From a virus, in IMG/VR virus record IMGVR_UViG_3300045988_129469, positions 1 through 39,805 of that record: a DNA stretch of 39,805 nt. One strand, written 5' to 3'. This document shows, piece by piece, positions 9,566 through 18,884 of this stretch. A program made the position numbers and the translations under genes. The notes under the pieces were generated by a model. The model was given only the letters and a program-made list of their open reading frames with translations, had not been told where the DNA came from and did not search any database. Every line of letters begins with the position of its first letter. Positions within the stretch are counted from its first letter, which is position 1.

Positions 9566-10272
9566 CTAAAGAGAGTCGAGATAGTCCAGGACCTCTTCCG
9601 GTGAGTGGTCACCGAACGAGCCATAGGACGATTGATTAACAGGTTTCGACCACGGAAACTGGGGCATGTTGTCAAAAATGGTTTTGCCCTTATCCACACC
9701 GGATAAACCGGTGGCGGCGGTGGCCGTGGCCCAGAACATGCGCCAGATTTGGGCGTCCGCCAGCGTCCACGGGGTACGCGCACCGTTCGGGGTTTCCAGC
9801 CAGAACGCTGGGGCGTCCGGCGGCAACCCCTCCAACAGAACGCGCAGCTTCCGCAGAGTGATGTCCCCACGGTAGAACTGGCCGAGGACATCTTTCCCGT
9901 AGTGGGCTTCTAACGACGCTTCCGCTGCTTCCGGGCCGCCGAACGACGCGAGGAGCGATTCAGTCGAGTACCTTTTCCCGAAGAATCAATATCCTGATTA
10001 CGCTCCATGTACTCGTTGAACACGAGGAACCACAGGTTCGAAGAACCACCCGCGGTAACGAACTTTTCGTACTGCTCATCACCCATGTACCAGGCGGCAA
10101 GGTCAGGCTCCCAATCAATAGCGTTGAGCTCTTCCTTATCCTCGTCGGACAGGGTCAGCGGGTCCTGGAAGTCGTAGGTCTGGCCCTTAAAGTCGAATGG
10201 GATTCGGCCCTCGTTGGAGCCGGTGGCTTCTGCACGCTGCTCAATGAGGGCGTCAAGATTGATATTGGACAT
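9566..10272 (-). CDS. Tail assembly chaperone GT, produced by -1 programmed frameshift at 9973..9979
   Basis: The -1 frame is open from the slip site to the stop at 9566 (translated by hand, no stops). Track ORF 9566..9835 is the distal part of this frame. Confidence 0.7.
9910..10272 (-). CDS. Tail assembly chaperone G (120 aa)
   Basis: Acidic small protein between major tail and TMP. Contains the slippery heptamer near its 3' end. Confidence 0.8.
   Translation of the reverse strand: MSNINLDALIEQRAEATGSNEGRIPFDFKGQTYDFQDPLTLSDEDKEELNAIDWEPDLAAWYMGDEQYEKFVTAGGSSNLWFLVFNEYMERNQDIDSSGKGTRLNRSSRRSAARKQRKRR
9973..9979 (-). other. -1 slippery heptamer G GGA AAA
   Basis: Minus strand reads TC G GGA AAA GGT in the G frame. 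This is the X XXY YYZ pattern used by many G/GT pairs. Confidence 0.7.
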
Positions 10273-10393
10273 GGCTGGTCCCCTTTCAAAAGTCTTTGGG
10301 TGGCTGGCCCTTTAGTGCGGAAGTGAGGATTTAGCGGGGAGCGGGCGGGCCAGCCAACAATGGTTCCCGCACCCCTACCCCAAGGGAGTTGAA

Positions 10394-11311
10394 TTAGTCA
10401 GCAGCGACGTTGAGGGTCAGCTGCTTGGTCGCAGACAGCTTGTCCGCGTCGGTGGCCTTCACGGTGAAAGTAGCCTTGCCTGCGGCGGTCGGAGTACCGG
10501 TGATAGCACCAGTGGACTCGTTCAGCGACAGGCCCTCCGGCAGAGTGCCGGCGGACACCGCAAAGGTGTACGGGGACTTGCCGCCCTTGACCGCCACGGT
10601 CGCGTTGTACTCCGCGTCCTGCGTACCAGCCGGCAGAGAGCTGGTGGAGATGGACAGCGGAGTGGAACCGTCGGTCGCGCCAGAGATGTTAGCGCCGCCG
10701 GTGGCCCACGCGGAGTTCATCTGCCAGCGAGCGGTCTTGCCAACGCCCTTCGAAAGGGTGGAGTTGTAGTCCTCGTAGGATGCCGGGTAGGAGGTGTAGG
10801 TAACCTCAAGGCCGAACATCTCGTCCTTCTTGAAGACCATCGAGCCACGCTCGGTAATCTGCGCGTCCAGCAGGTCCAGGCGCAGCGCCTTGTCGCCATC
10901 GACTACGTCAATGTGCAGGTGCTCGTGGCCGAACTGCGGCAAAGCGTCCTCGTAGAAGGAGAAAGAACCGTCGCCCTGTTCTTCTAGCGCGTCCTCGGAT
11001 ACGCCGAGGAACTTCGCGAAGTTCTCGATGCCGGTCTCCCACAGGGTCAGCTTGATGGACTTCACGGCCTTGGTGATGTCGGTGCGGATTGCGGAAACTT
11101 CCTGCCAAGGAATGTATTCCTGCTTATCCTCATCGAAGCTAATCTCCAAACCATCCGGGGAGATATAGCCAAGGTTGTAATGAGTCTCGGTATCGTACTT
11201 TTCACCGAACGGGACAGGCGCGGTACCGAGGGCGGAGGAGCGGACAGCGCCGGTCATACCGACGCGGGCCTTGCGAGCATTAAAGCCCTCTAGGGTCTTC
11301 TGCTTTGGCAT
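10394..11311 (-). CDS. Major tail protein with C-terminal Ig-like (He_PIG-type) domain
   Basis: Position upstream of the chaperones. C-terminus reads LPAGTQDAEYNATVAVKGGKSPYTFAVSAGTLPEGLSLNESTGAITGTPTAAGKATFTVKATD. Confidence 0.8.
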   Translation of the reverse strand: MPKQKTLEGFNARKARVGMTGAVRSSALGTAPVPFGEKYDTETHYNLGYISPDGLEISFDEDKQEYIPWQEVSAIRTDITKAVKSIKLTLWETGIENFAKFLGVSEDALEEQGDGSFSFYEDALPQFGHEHLHIDVVDGDKALRLDLLDAQITERGSMVFKKDEMFGLEVTYTSYPASYEDYNSTLSKGVGKTARWQMNSAWATGGANISGATDGSTPLSISTSSLPAGTQDAEYNATVAVKGGKSPYTFAVSAGTLPEGLSLNESTGAITGTPTAAGKATFTVKATDADKLSATKQLTLNVAAD

Positions 11312-11343
11312 GGTTGATTCCTTTCAAAGAATGATTGGGCATA

Positions 11344-11377
11344 GAAAAACCCGCCCAGGCCACACGGCCCGAACGGG
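11344..11377 (-). terminator. Strand-specific intrinsic terminator/attenuator between tail terminator and major tail genes
   Basis: Minus RNA CCCGUUCGGGCC-GUGU-GGCCUGGGCGGG forms a 12-bp stem (3 G-U pairs) followed by UUUUUC. Confidence 0.55.
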
Positions 11378-11403
11378 ATGGAAACTTGAACGACGGCGCT
11401 TAT

Positions 11404-11808
11404 CTAGGTCTTGAGCACCATCAAATCGACTGCAGCCCCCAAGACCCGGAGCTGCGGGTTAATATCCTCGCGGGTAGAGAAACGAGGGCAATCAACGCTT
11501 TTGACACCACTGCCTTCTAGGAACGGCAGCTGGTGCAGCGCGGCGCGCACCTTGTCCCCCACCGGAGTGCATTGGGCACGCGAGACACCCACGACTTCCA
11601 CATCGAGCGAGATAATCTCCGAGATGTACTCGCCAGAGTCCGCGCCCCAGGGCACGACTTCGCTGCCGGGGAGGAGGTCGACTGTTACCGCGGGGGTTAG
11701 ATTCTCGAGCTCGTCCGCGGGCGGTAGATGATCCGCCACCCACAGGTCATCGCCCAAGACTTCTGCCACCGCGTTAATAGCGAACTTGAGTATGTCCACA
11801 TCGTTCAT
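11404..11808 (-). CDS. Tail terminator / tail completion protein (position-based)
   Basis: 134-aa ORF immediately upstream of the major tail gene. ATGA overlap with the upstream gene. Confidence 0.55.
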   Translation of the reverse strand: MNDVDILKFAINAVAEVLGDDLWVADHLPPADELENLTPAVTVDLLPGSEVVPWGADSGEYISEIISLDVEVVGVSRAQCTPVGDKVRAALHQLPFLEGSGVKSVDCPRFSTREDINPQLRVLGAAVDLMVLKT

Positions 11809-12077
11809 CGACGTACACTCCTTCCTGCTCGGCGGGCAATGCGCTTCGCTTTGCGCGAATCCTCATCGCTGGCGTTCCCCATGACGTTGACACCATAGCG
11901 GCCATTAGCGTGTGCGTACTCGCGTATGGAGACCGTCGCGTCGATGCCGGCACGGTTCAAGTCACGGCGGATGCGGCCAGAAATCTTTGCCGCCCGCTCG
12001 TTAACTTTCGCCTGCACCTTCGTCGTACCCATGACTTGCTGGAAGATGGCGTCAGAATCAATCTCGACTCGAACCAC
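11805..12077 (-). CDS. Head-tail connector component (HK97 gp10-position, 90 aa)
   Basis: Start moved to the GTG at 12077 (GGAGG 6 nt upstream). The longer track ORF lacks an SD. Confidence 0.5.
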   Translation of the reverse strand: MVRVEIDSDAIFQQVMGTTKVQAKVNERAAKISGRIRRDLNRAGIDATVSIREYAHANGRYGVNVMGNASDEDSRKAKRIARRAGRSVRR

Positions 12078-12423
12078 GAAACACCTCCAGCTCCATCTCG
12101 GTATGCGGCAAAAGCGCACCGCGCCAATGCTCCGGGTCACCAACCACCCACGTGCCACCAACGCCGCCAATAACCCGAATACGGTCATTGGGCTTAATCT
12201 CCGTCAGCAGACTGGGCGGCTGCGAATACAAACGCCACCGAGTGCTAATCATCTGCCCGCCACCGGACTCATCCTCCGACGTACGCACCTGCTGCACGCT
12301 CACGGGCGTGTCCACGGGGATAATTTCCGGCTCGTCCCACGATTCAACGAAACCGCCGTACTCACCCCGCACCCGCTTTGGGCGGAGAATTTCCACACGT
12401 TCGGTAAAGATCAGCTGCATCAT
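12058..12423 (-). CDS. Head closure / head-tail joining protein (121 aa)
   Basis: Size and position typical. ATGA overlap with the upstream adaptor gene. Confidence 0.6.
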   Translation of the reverse strand: MMQLIFTERVEILRPKRVRGEYGGFVESWDEPEIIPVDTPVSVQQVRTSEDESGGGQMISTRWRLYSQPPSLLTEIKPNDRIRVIGGVGGTWVVGDPEHWRGALLPHTEMELEVFRGSSRD

Positions 12424-12974
12424 GGGCGGGCCTTTAGCTTGTACTCGTCAAGGATTCGCCACTCGGTAGACACCGGCGCCACAGCCCCACCAACACCATT
12501 GCCAGCGGAAGCACCAACACTGATACCACCTACTGAAATGCGGTCGAGTGAATACGAGGATTGGGACTGTGCGGCGCGCAGCGCCATGGACGTAATCACG
12601 CTAATAAGCTCCACCGGCTCGTTGAACCCGTGGCGGATTTTTGCCACGACGCGGCGAGGAACACCATCACGGCGGGGCTTAAGTCCTGGTATCCACACCA
12701 CACCCGCTTCGTCATAGACCAACTTGTCTACTTCGAAAGTGTGGCCATCAACCACGACCGATTCCACATCAACAAGTCGCTTCGTCGGCAAAATAACCTG
12801 ACCATCCCCCGGCGCAAGAAGAACAAGTTCTTCTACACGTTCCGGGAAAATATGCCAGCCTGCCAGCACCCGCACCGACTGCACGGCACGGTCGACGAAC
12901 TCCTGGGGAACCTTCGGGTCGGTGGATACCACACCGTGTTCGGGGGCGATACCGCCGGTTTCAGACTCGGCCAC
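12420..12974 (-). CDS. Head-tail adaptor (gp6-like position, 184 aa)
   Basis: One small ORF (12993..13199) lies between it and the capsid gene. Part of the co-oriented, overlapping connector operon. Confidence 0.6.
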   Translation of the reverse strand: MAESETGGIAPEHGVVSTDPKVPQEFVDRAVQSVRVLAGWHIFPERVEELVLLAPGDGQVILPTKRLVDVESVVVDGHTFEVDKLVYDEAGVVWIPGLKPRRDGVPRRVVAKIRHGFNEPVELISVITSMALRAAQSQSSYSLDRISVGGISVGASAGNGVGGAVAPVSTEWRILDEYKLKARP

Positions 12975-12992
12975 AACAAGCCCCCTTTCCGT

Positions 12993-13199
12993 CTAGGACT
13001 TCTTCGTTTCGGACTTCGTTCGGGTGGACTTGCGGCGCGGCGCACGCTTCGGCGCGGCCTGCTTTGTCTCTACCACTCCGGGCTTCACCTCACGTGCCGT
13101 CGGATAATCCCGCTCGGCGGTTTCCTGCGACAGCATGAGGGTGGCTTCGAACCCGCCCGGAATCATCACCCGAAACGGCTTCAATTCAGGGCGCGCCAT
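12993..13199 (-). CDS. Small basic-tailed hypothetical protein (68 aa)
   Basis: ATG at 13199 just after the capsid stop. C-terminus is Lys/Arg-rich. The track start (13232) would overlap the capsid gene. Confidence 0.45.
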   Translation of the reverse strand: MARPELKPFRVMIPGGFEATLMLSQETAERDYPTAREVKPGVVETKQAAPKRAPRRKSTRTKSETKKS

Positions 13200-13200
13200 A

Positions 13201-14466
13201 CTAAGCAGCCGCCTCTTCGCCAGCGCCTGCACCAGAGTTAATGGTGCCGGTCACGAACGCAGCCGGGCGAGGAACCATCAGCCCCAGGCGCTCCTCGGCG
13301 CGCAAGGTGGTCAGGTTGTTCTCGAAATCGTCCACGTTGGAGTTAGTAGCATCGACGCGGATACCGCCCTTGCGCAGCACGGTCGCGCCCTGGCGGAATG
13401 CGCCCACCATGTACTTTCCCTTCTCGACCGCTGGGGTGGATACAACGTTAAGGCCCCAGATGGACGGATTGAGGATAATGCCACCGTTGCCGTACTGGCC
13501 CTGGAATGGGCCACCGGCGAGGTACTGGCCATTATTATCCTTAGCGATGCGCAGGGACTGGAAGTCAGACGGGTTCAGCAGGATACCGTCCGCGGTAAGC
13601 GGGGTAACCAGAGCGACCATCTGGATAGCTTCCAGTAGGCCGTCGAAAGCGTCACCGCTACCAATGTCCAGCTGCTGAATACCCTCGCGATTAAACAGAC
13701 CAGTCAGGTTAGAGCCCTGACCGTCACCCTTGAGCAACTGCTCCTCTTCCTTAACGGAAAGGTCGTAGACCAGCTGCTGGTTGATGTAGTCCGCGAGGAA
13801 CGGAAGATCCTCAATCATCTCGTCGGAAATCTTGGTCAGCGCCGCAACCTTAGCCGGGGACTCGGTGACCAGCTCGAGCGGGTTGTAGCGCACGAAGGGC
13901 TTCTTCGCGCCCTCGGCGACAGTCTCCGGTCCGCCCTCGGCGATACGCTGCGCCTTCTCCACCAGGTACTTGATGACCGCACCGTTCATGCGGGCAGAGC
14001 CCATGATGTCGGCTGCTACCAGACGCTCACGGCGCTGGTTGACGATAGCGCGCTGGTACTCGGCGGCATAGCCATCGATAACGCCCTGGCCCTGCGCAGA
14101 GGTCAGGGACGGGTCAGAGGCGGCCTTAAACTCCGGTGCCTGCACCGCGAGGTGGTCGCCCGCGGAGAAAGCCTTAAGTCGTGGCTCCGCGTGCTTGATG
14201 AAGTGGTCGCCCAGGCTCTTGGCTGCTTCCACGCCGGTGTTCTTGGTGTCTTCGTCGGCGTCATCGTAGTCGTTGGAGAATGCGGCGCGCAGGTTAACCT
14301 GCTTCTGTGCCTTCTCAATGCGGGAGTCGAAGTCCGCGGCCTTGGCCTGGAAATCCTCCACGGTTGCCAGGTCCTCGTCGGTCAGGCCGTCGGGGTTCTC
14401 GTCCAGAATCTTCTTCGCCTTGGCTACTACGTCAGCCTTGGCTGCCTTCAGCTGCTTGATGTTCAC
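13201..14466 (-). CDS. Major capsid protein, HK97 fold (421 aa)
   Basis: Charged coiled-coil delta-like N-terminus (MNIKQLKAAKADVVAKAKKIL...). Size and position after the prohead protease. GTG start with AGGAG upstream. Confidence 0.9.
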   Translation of the reverse strand: MNIKQLKAAKADVVAKAKKILDENPDGLTDEDLATVEDFQAKAADFDSRIEKAQKQVNLRAAFSNDYDDADEDTKNTGVEAAKSLGDHFIKHAEPRLKAFSAGDHLAVQAPEFKAASDPSLTSAQGQGVIDGYAAEYQRAIVNQRRERLVAADIMGSARMNGAVIKYLVEKAQRIAEGGPETVAEGAKKPFVRYNPLELVTESPAKVAALTKISDEMIEDLPFLADYINQQLVYDLSVKEEEQLLKGDGQGSNLTGLFNREGIQQLDIGSGDAFDGLLEAIQMVALVTPLTADGILLNPSDFQSLRIAKDNNGQYLAGGPFQGQYGNGGIILNPSIWGLNVVSTPAVEKGKYMVGAFRQGATVLRKGGIRVDATNSNVDDFENNLTTLRAEERLGLMVPRPAAFVTGTINSGAGAGEEAAA

Positions 14467-15614
14467 TAGTCATCGCTCCTTTCAGCGAGCATGAAAAAAG
14501 CACGTACCCGGTTGGTGCGTGCCTTGGTTGGATTGTTGGTTGTGGCTTCGTCGTCGCCTGGCGGCGCAGGCGGCGATTTCAGCCGGTGCGCAGCGCTAGA
14601 CAATTCAGCGGATAGTGCGGCGCGCTCATCGTCGGCGAACCCCTCGGCCTGCTTCACAGCGGTCGAAATTAGCTCACGAGCCGACTTCACAGTCAGAATC
14701 TCCGTCTCCTCATTCGCCCCAATCGGCACGACGGAAACCTCGTAGAGCTTCAAACGGTTAAGCTCCTGCACCGGCTCGCCGTCCACCTCACCTTGGGCGG
14801 AATCGAGCACGCGGAACGCGAAACTCATCTGTGACAGGCGCCGCTCCTTAATTAGCCGGTACACCTGCGCCGCCTTCGCATTATCCAAGTCCAGGCGGGC
14901 TGTAATCTTCAACCCGTGGTCATCCTCCACGGCGGACGTAACCGCACCAATGTTGGAGAACGGGTCGGCGAAATCATGCCCATAAAGAACCGGAATCTGA
15001 TTACCCGACTCTTCCCATTCCTTCAACGTTTCTGCGAACGCGCCCGGCCGAATCACGTCACCGTAGGAATCAATGTTTCCGAAGACAGCAGCATAGGCCT
15101 CAAAGACACCTTCCTCACTGTCTTCCACGGTGGGGGCTTTAACCTCCACCTGAAAATCTTTCTGCACGGGGTCCTCCCCCTCCTTCTCATCGTCATCTTC
15201 ACCCGGAAGCACGGGTGGGTTCTCGTACCAGCCGCGGATACGCTCCGCAGTACCTGCTGGGCGCCCATCTTCTTCGCAGCGGTCCAGGCACTCCTGCATT
15301 CCGGGGTCTACCTTATGGAACTCGGCGCCGGCCGCATGGAACGCACTAATCAGCGACGGGGACGGGTTGGAGTGGATTACCCACACATCACCCTTTGGGG
15401 CGGTCTCCGGGTCGAGCGCCCACCCGTACATGCCGCGGCGCAAAGCACCGACAACAGCACGAATCTCCTCCGGCTGGTCGTGCCCCAATTCCACGCCGGC
15501 CACGGTGGAGGCAACCTCGTCATAATCAAACCGCGGGGTACCCGCCCCAGCATGAGACTTAACGTAGGTGGACTTACCCGCACACGACGGGCCAACAACT
15601 ACATGCAGCGTCAT
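14466..15614 (-). CDS. P-loop kinase-like domain fused to HK97-family prohead (capsid maturation) protease (382 aa)
   Basis: N-terminus carries Walker A GPSCAGKST plus an Arg-rich lid (aa 1-135). An acidic linker follows. The C-terminus carries FEAYAAVFGNIDSYGDVIRPGAF...LYGHD...SFAF, typical of S78/U35 proteases. Confidence 0.8.
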   Translation of the reverse strand: MTLHVVVGPSCAGKSTYVKSHAGAGTPRFDYDEVASTVAGVELGHDQPEEIRAVVGALRRGMYGWALDPETAPKGDVWVIHSNPSPSLISAFHAAGAEFHKVDPGMQECLDRCEEDGRPAGTAERIRGWYENPPVLPGEDDDEKEGEDPVQKDFQVEVKAPTVEDSEEGVFEAYAAVFGNIDSYGDVIRPGAFAETLKEWEESGNQIPVLYGHDFADPFSNIGAVTSAVEDDHGLKITARLDLDNAKAAQVYRLIKERRLSQMSFAFRVLDSAQGEVDGEPVQELNRLKLYEVSVVPIGANEETEILTVKSARELISTAVKQAEGFADDERAALSAELSSAAHRLKSPPAPPGDDEATTNNPTKARTNRVRAFFMLAERSDD

Positions 15615-16900
15615 TCCTGCCCCTCCTGTTCATCTCCACCCTCGTCCTGCTCTGGGGCACTTTCCCCAAAGTCCGTATTCAGCGGGCGCGCCAACTCGTC
15701 GCCGCCGTCAATCTTCGGCAGGTTGTTCATCACACGACCCTCGTTGACGGTCATCCACGGCGCGCCGATAGCCTGCGAGGTGACGGCCGCCTGCTCCTCG
15801 AAGCGAGCGCGCAGACGCTCCTGCATGTTGAACTCCACATAGAACGTGGCATCATCCACACCAAGCATGGGCAGAAGGTAAGCGTTAATGGACTCCTCAA
15901 TACCCTTCATAATCGGCAACAACGTATCGCCATAGAGGGACTGGCGGAACTCCTTCACGTTGGAGTAGTTCGCATTGTCCAAAATGCCCACCATCGTCGG
16001 GTTCACGTGGTAGACCTGCGCGACCGTCTCCAACGACAACTTGGTCTGCTCAACCAACTGCTCATCGTCAGCCTTAAGATGGTGCGGCTGAAACTTCATG
16101 CCGTCTTCCAGCAGTGCGACGCCACCGGCGCCGGAACCACCGGCGGAGAACTGCGCCCGCAAATCAGACTTGAACCGCTGCCGGTCCTTATGGTCCCACT
16201 TCGCATCCAGAGGGCGTTCAATGAAACCAGCCATGCGCGGGCCACGCTCCCACAACTGTTCCTGATACTCGCCGCGAGCCTTGTTCTGCTTCAACACATT
16301 CTTCAAAGCAAGAATCGGCGAAGTACCAAACTTCAACGTCGACGGGTTATAGCCCGTATGGCGAATGATGTTCTCCGCGCCTATATACATCGGCCGGCCA
16401 TTATCACCACGCCACAGGGTAATTCCCTCGAGCGTCCAGGGGTCGGAGAAATGACGCTTCTGAATCCAGTGATGCGGGATAGGCAGAATCGCCGCCTCGC
16501 CGTCCTGCTCACCACCCACCAACCAAATCCACTCGTCGTACAGGCACAAGTCCATGACGGTTTGGGTCAGCAGCTCGGCCATGAGCATGTTGTCATTCGC
16601 CCGGCGCATCAACCGCGCAAGCCCACCAGCCTGCGGGTCATTCTCCCGAACCCGCTCACGACCACCATCATCTTCGCGGCGATACACGTGCAGCGACACC
16701 GTAGACACCATGCGAGCAATGAAGCTAGTGACCGTCCGCAAATGCGGCTGGTCTCGATACAGCTCCTCCACCGTCATCGAGTCCACCCGCACGCCCCACG
16801 GGTCGATAAAGCTAAAGTCACCGGGCGCGTCCCACGTAGGCGTCTCCCAATCCTCCGGCTTCGACCGGCGCCACGGGATGAAACTGTCAAAGATTCCCAC
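15611..16900 (-). CDS. Portal protein, HK97 family (429 aa)
   Basis: Position between TerL and the protease. Size fits. ATGA overlap with the downstream gene. Confidence 0.9.
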   Translation of the reverse strand: MGIFDSFIPWRRSKPEDWETPTWDAPGDFSFIDPWGVRVDSMTVEELYRDQPHLRTVTSFIARMVSTVSLHVYRREDDGGRERVRENDPQAGGLARLMRRANDNMLMAELLTQTVMDLCLYDEWIWLVGGEQDGEAAILPIPHHWIQKRHFSDPWTLEGITLWRGDNGRPMYIGAENIIRHTGYNPSTLKFGTSPILALKNVLKQNKARGEYQEQLWERGPRMAGFIERPLDAKWDHKDRQRFKSDLRAQFSAGGSGAGGVALLEDGMKFQPHHLKADDEQLVEQTKLSLETVAQVYHVNPTMVGILDNANYSNVKEFRQSLYGDTLLPIMKGIEESINAYLLPMLGVDDATFYVEFNMQERLRARFEEQAAVTSQAIGAPWMTVNEGRVMNNLPKIDGGDELARPLNTDFGESAPEQDEGGDEQEGQE

Positions 16901-16915
16901 GCGGTACTCCCTTCT

Positions 16916-18613
16916 CTAGAAAATCAACATGCCGCCGTCCTCGTCTTCCAACTCGGCGTCAAGCTCTTCTTCCTGCCACTCCTCATCCGCATAAGCAGAC
17001 GTAGGCCTCTCCTCCACGCGGTGCCCCATCCACCACGCAACATTCGTCGCAATAAACGGCGCAGCATCACCCGTGGACTTATCACGGTCCCACAGGGCAA
17101 CGTCACCGAGCTTGCGGTCTTTCACACCAAGCGCCGAAGTTTCCAACAACGTCGGCACCTCCGAACCAGGTGCACGCCCAGGGTGACGAACAAGCCCGTC
17201 ACGAATCGCCGACGTGTACGCCAGCACCGAACCAGTCATAGCCGCACCACGCCACTCAGCAACCTCGATGCCAGCTTCATCCAAAAGCGGCACCAGCACC
17301 GTCGACGGCGCGTTACCTGTTGACTGCAGGCCAACGACCCCGTCGAACCACGAGCCGCGGCGAGCATTCAACCAATCCGGCACCCACGAGAACCCGGCGC
17401 GGGAAGCCACAACCTCCACGTGCCAATACCCGTCCGGCCGCTCAAAAGCCACAGCGATATTCGCCTTACGCGCCTCCAACGACAGGTCAATACCGACATG
17501 GATTTCCACATCTTCCGGCAAGCCGTCCAGCGGGTCAGCCAAGGCCTCCCACTGCGCCGTGGTGAACTTGCCCGGCTCCAACGACTCGACCCACTGGCAT
17601 AGGTACTCGGTGCGGAACGAGGACTCGTCTGCTTCCTCGTCCTCCGGGTCCAGCGCGGCGCGGGCAATCGCCGCCATGTCCTCCGTCGTTGAGTTTCCCC
17701 AGCCCAACGACGGGTTAGCCTCGTAGTATCCCTCCGGGTCGAAGATGGAACGCTCCGGCTCCGCCGACCACTCCATCAAGCACAGCTTTTCTTTAGCCGT
17801 ATCGTCTTCCTCGATAGCCTTCAACGCATTATTGCGAAGACGCCGAAGAACCACAGAGCGCACATCACCAGCATTCGAAAAAGCCCAAATCTGATTGCGC
17901 GGCCGCTCTCTCGTAGTCGGCTCAATCGCGTCCCACATGTCAGACTTCTTATGTTCGCGAAGCTCGTCCAGCATCGCCAAGTCCGCGGAGAACGAACGGC
18001 CAGCGCCACCCGCAGCAATCACATACCACGATGGCATAGCGCCGGAAATATCCAGCACGTTTTCCAAACCTGGCGGCACGGTCGACAGTTCAATCTGATT
18101 CGAACCATTCGCCTGCCGCATGTACGGCACCCAATTGCCGCGCTCATTGCGATACGGCAAATACCGAGCCAACGTCGGATTACGCGACGCCATCTTAAAA
18201 GCATCACGCAACGAACGCTCCGCATTCGACAGATTCTGCGCAGTCGACAAAATCTCCGACGCCCCATCCGAGAACAAACGCCACAGGCCCAGCAAGTCCA
18301 TCACCACAGTCTTGCCGTTCTGGCGAGCCACCAGCACGAGCACCTGGCGGAAACGGTAATCGTACAAGCGCCTGTCCGGCGTCTCCTCGTCGAACACGTC
18401 CGAGCCCGGAACCGTTCGCATATCCAACTCGAGCCCATGAATCAGAACGAACTTCTGCCACGGTCGAAGTTCCAACCCCAGGAACGATTCGCAGAACTCG
18501 ATCGCTTCGAACCCCAACGATGTTTCCGGCGTGAGCTCCACCAACGGCGGGGTGAATATGCGCGGCTCCGGGTTGCCCTTACGCCCGCCCACGGTGACGC
18601 GACCTAAGCGCAC
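16916..18613 (-). CDS. terL: Terminase large subunit
   Basis: 565 aa. Walker A-like VARQNGKT. C-terminal nuclease-size domain. The start is uncertain (GTG 18613 or 18592). Confidence 0.9.
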   Translation of the reverse strand: MRLGRVTVGGRKGNPEPRIFTPPLVELTPETSLGFEAIEFCESFLGLELRPWQKFVLIHGLELDMRTVPGSDVFDEETPDRRLYDYRFRQVLVLVARQNGKTVVMDLLGLWRLFSDGASEILSTAQNLSNAERSLRDAFKMASRNPTLARYLPYRNERGNWVPYMRQANGSNQIELSTVPPGLENVLDISGAMPSWYVIAAGGAGRSFSADLAMLDELREHKKSDMWDAIEPTTRERPRNQIWAFSNAGDVRSVVLRRLRNNALKAIEEDDTAKEKLCLMEWSAEPERSIFDPEGYYEANPSLGWGNSTTEDMAAIARAALDPEDEEADESSFRTEYLCQWVESLEPGKFTTAQWEALADPLDGLPEDVEIHVGIDLSLEARKANIAVAFERPDGYWHVEVVASRAGFSWVPDWLNARRGSWFDGVVGLQSTGNAPSTVLVPLLDEAGIEVAEWRGAAMTGSVLAYTSAIRDGLVRHPGRAPGSEVPTLLETSALGVKDRKLGDVALWDRDKSTGDAAPFIATNVAWWMGHRVEERPTSAYADEEWQEEELDAELEDEDGGMLIF

Positions 18614-18884
18614 TCAACTCGTCGGTAACCCGCGCCGCCTCTGGCGCCGTAGTCACCTCCGCCTTCGGCTTCTTCTCTGGCGTCAGACCAAGCTCAATAA
18701 GCGTGTTCAAAAGGTGCGGGCCAAGGTACAGCGCCTTAGTGAGCGTCTGCCCGCCCTCTAGCCCGGCCTCGTCGATAGCGCGGGCGTAGCGGAGGGCGAG
18801 TTGTACGCCGCCCTGGTCCTTTTCCTCGATGGCGTCCCCTGCGGCGTCGACACAGGCGCGTACAGCTGCTTCCAGCGTTTCCAC
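18579..18884 (-). CDS. terS: Terminase small subunit (101 aa)
   Basis: GTG start with AAGGAGG 6 nt upstream. Small helical protein directly upstream of, and overlapping, terL. Confidence 0.7.
   Translation of the reverse strand: METLEAAVRACVDAAGDAIEEKDQGGVQLALRYARAIDEAGLEGGQTLTKALYLGPHLLNTLIELGLTPEKKPKAEVTTAPEAARVTDELSALRSRHRGRA

Noticed and set aside
9529-9891. 120-aa minus-strand ORF overlapping the chaperone T region
   Set aside because: It is in a different frame from the -1 continuation of G. It is Arg/Pro/Cys-rich with no SD. The 9566..9835 frame is the one contiguous with the slip site.
16007-17323. 438-aa plus-strand ORF. Similar ORFs lie at 4898..6073, 14916..15842, 17951..18607 and 23572..24540.
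   Set aside because: All are antisense to well-supported structural or replication genes (portal/terL, TMP, protease, terL, primase). Their composition is skewed (Arg/Pro or Gly/Val). They are artefacts of GC3-rich coding on the other strand.
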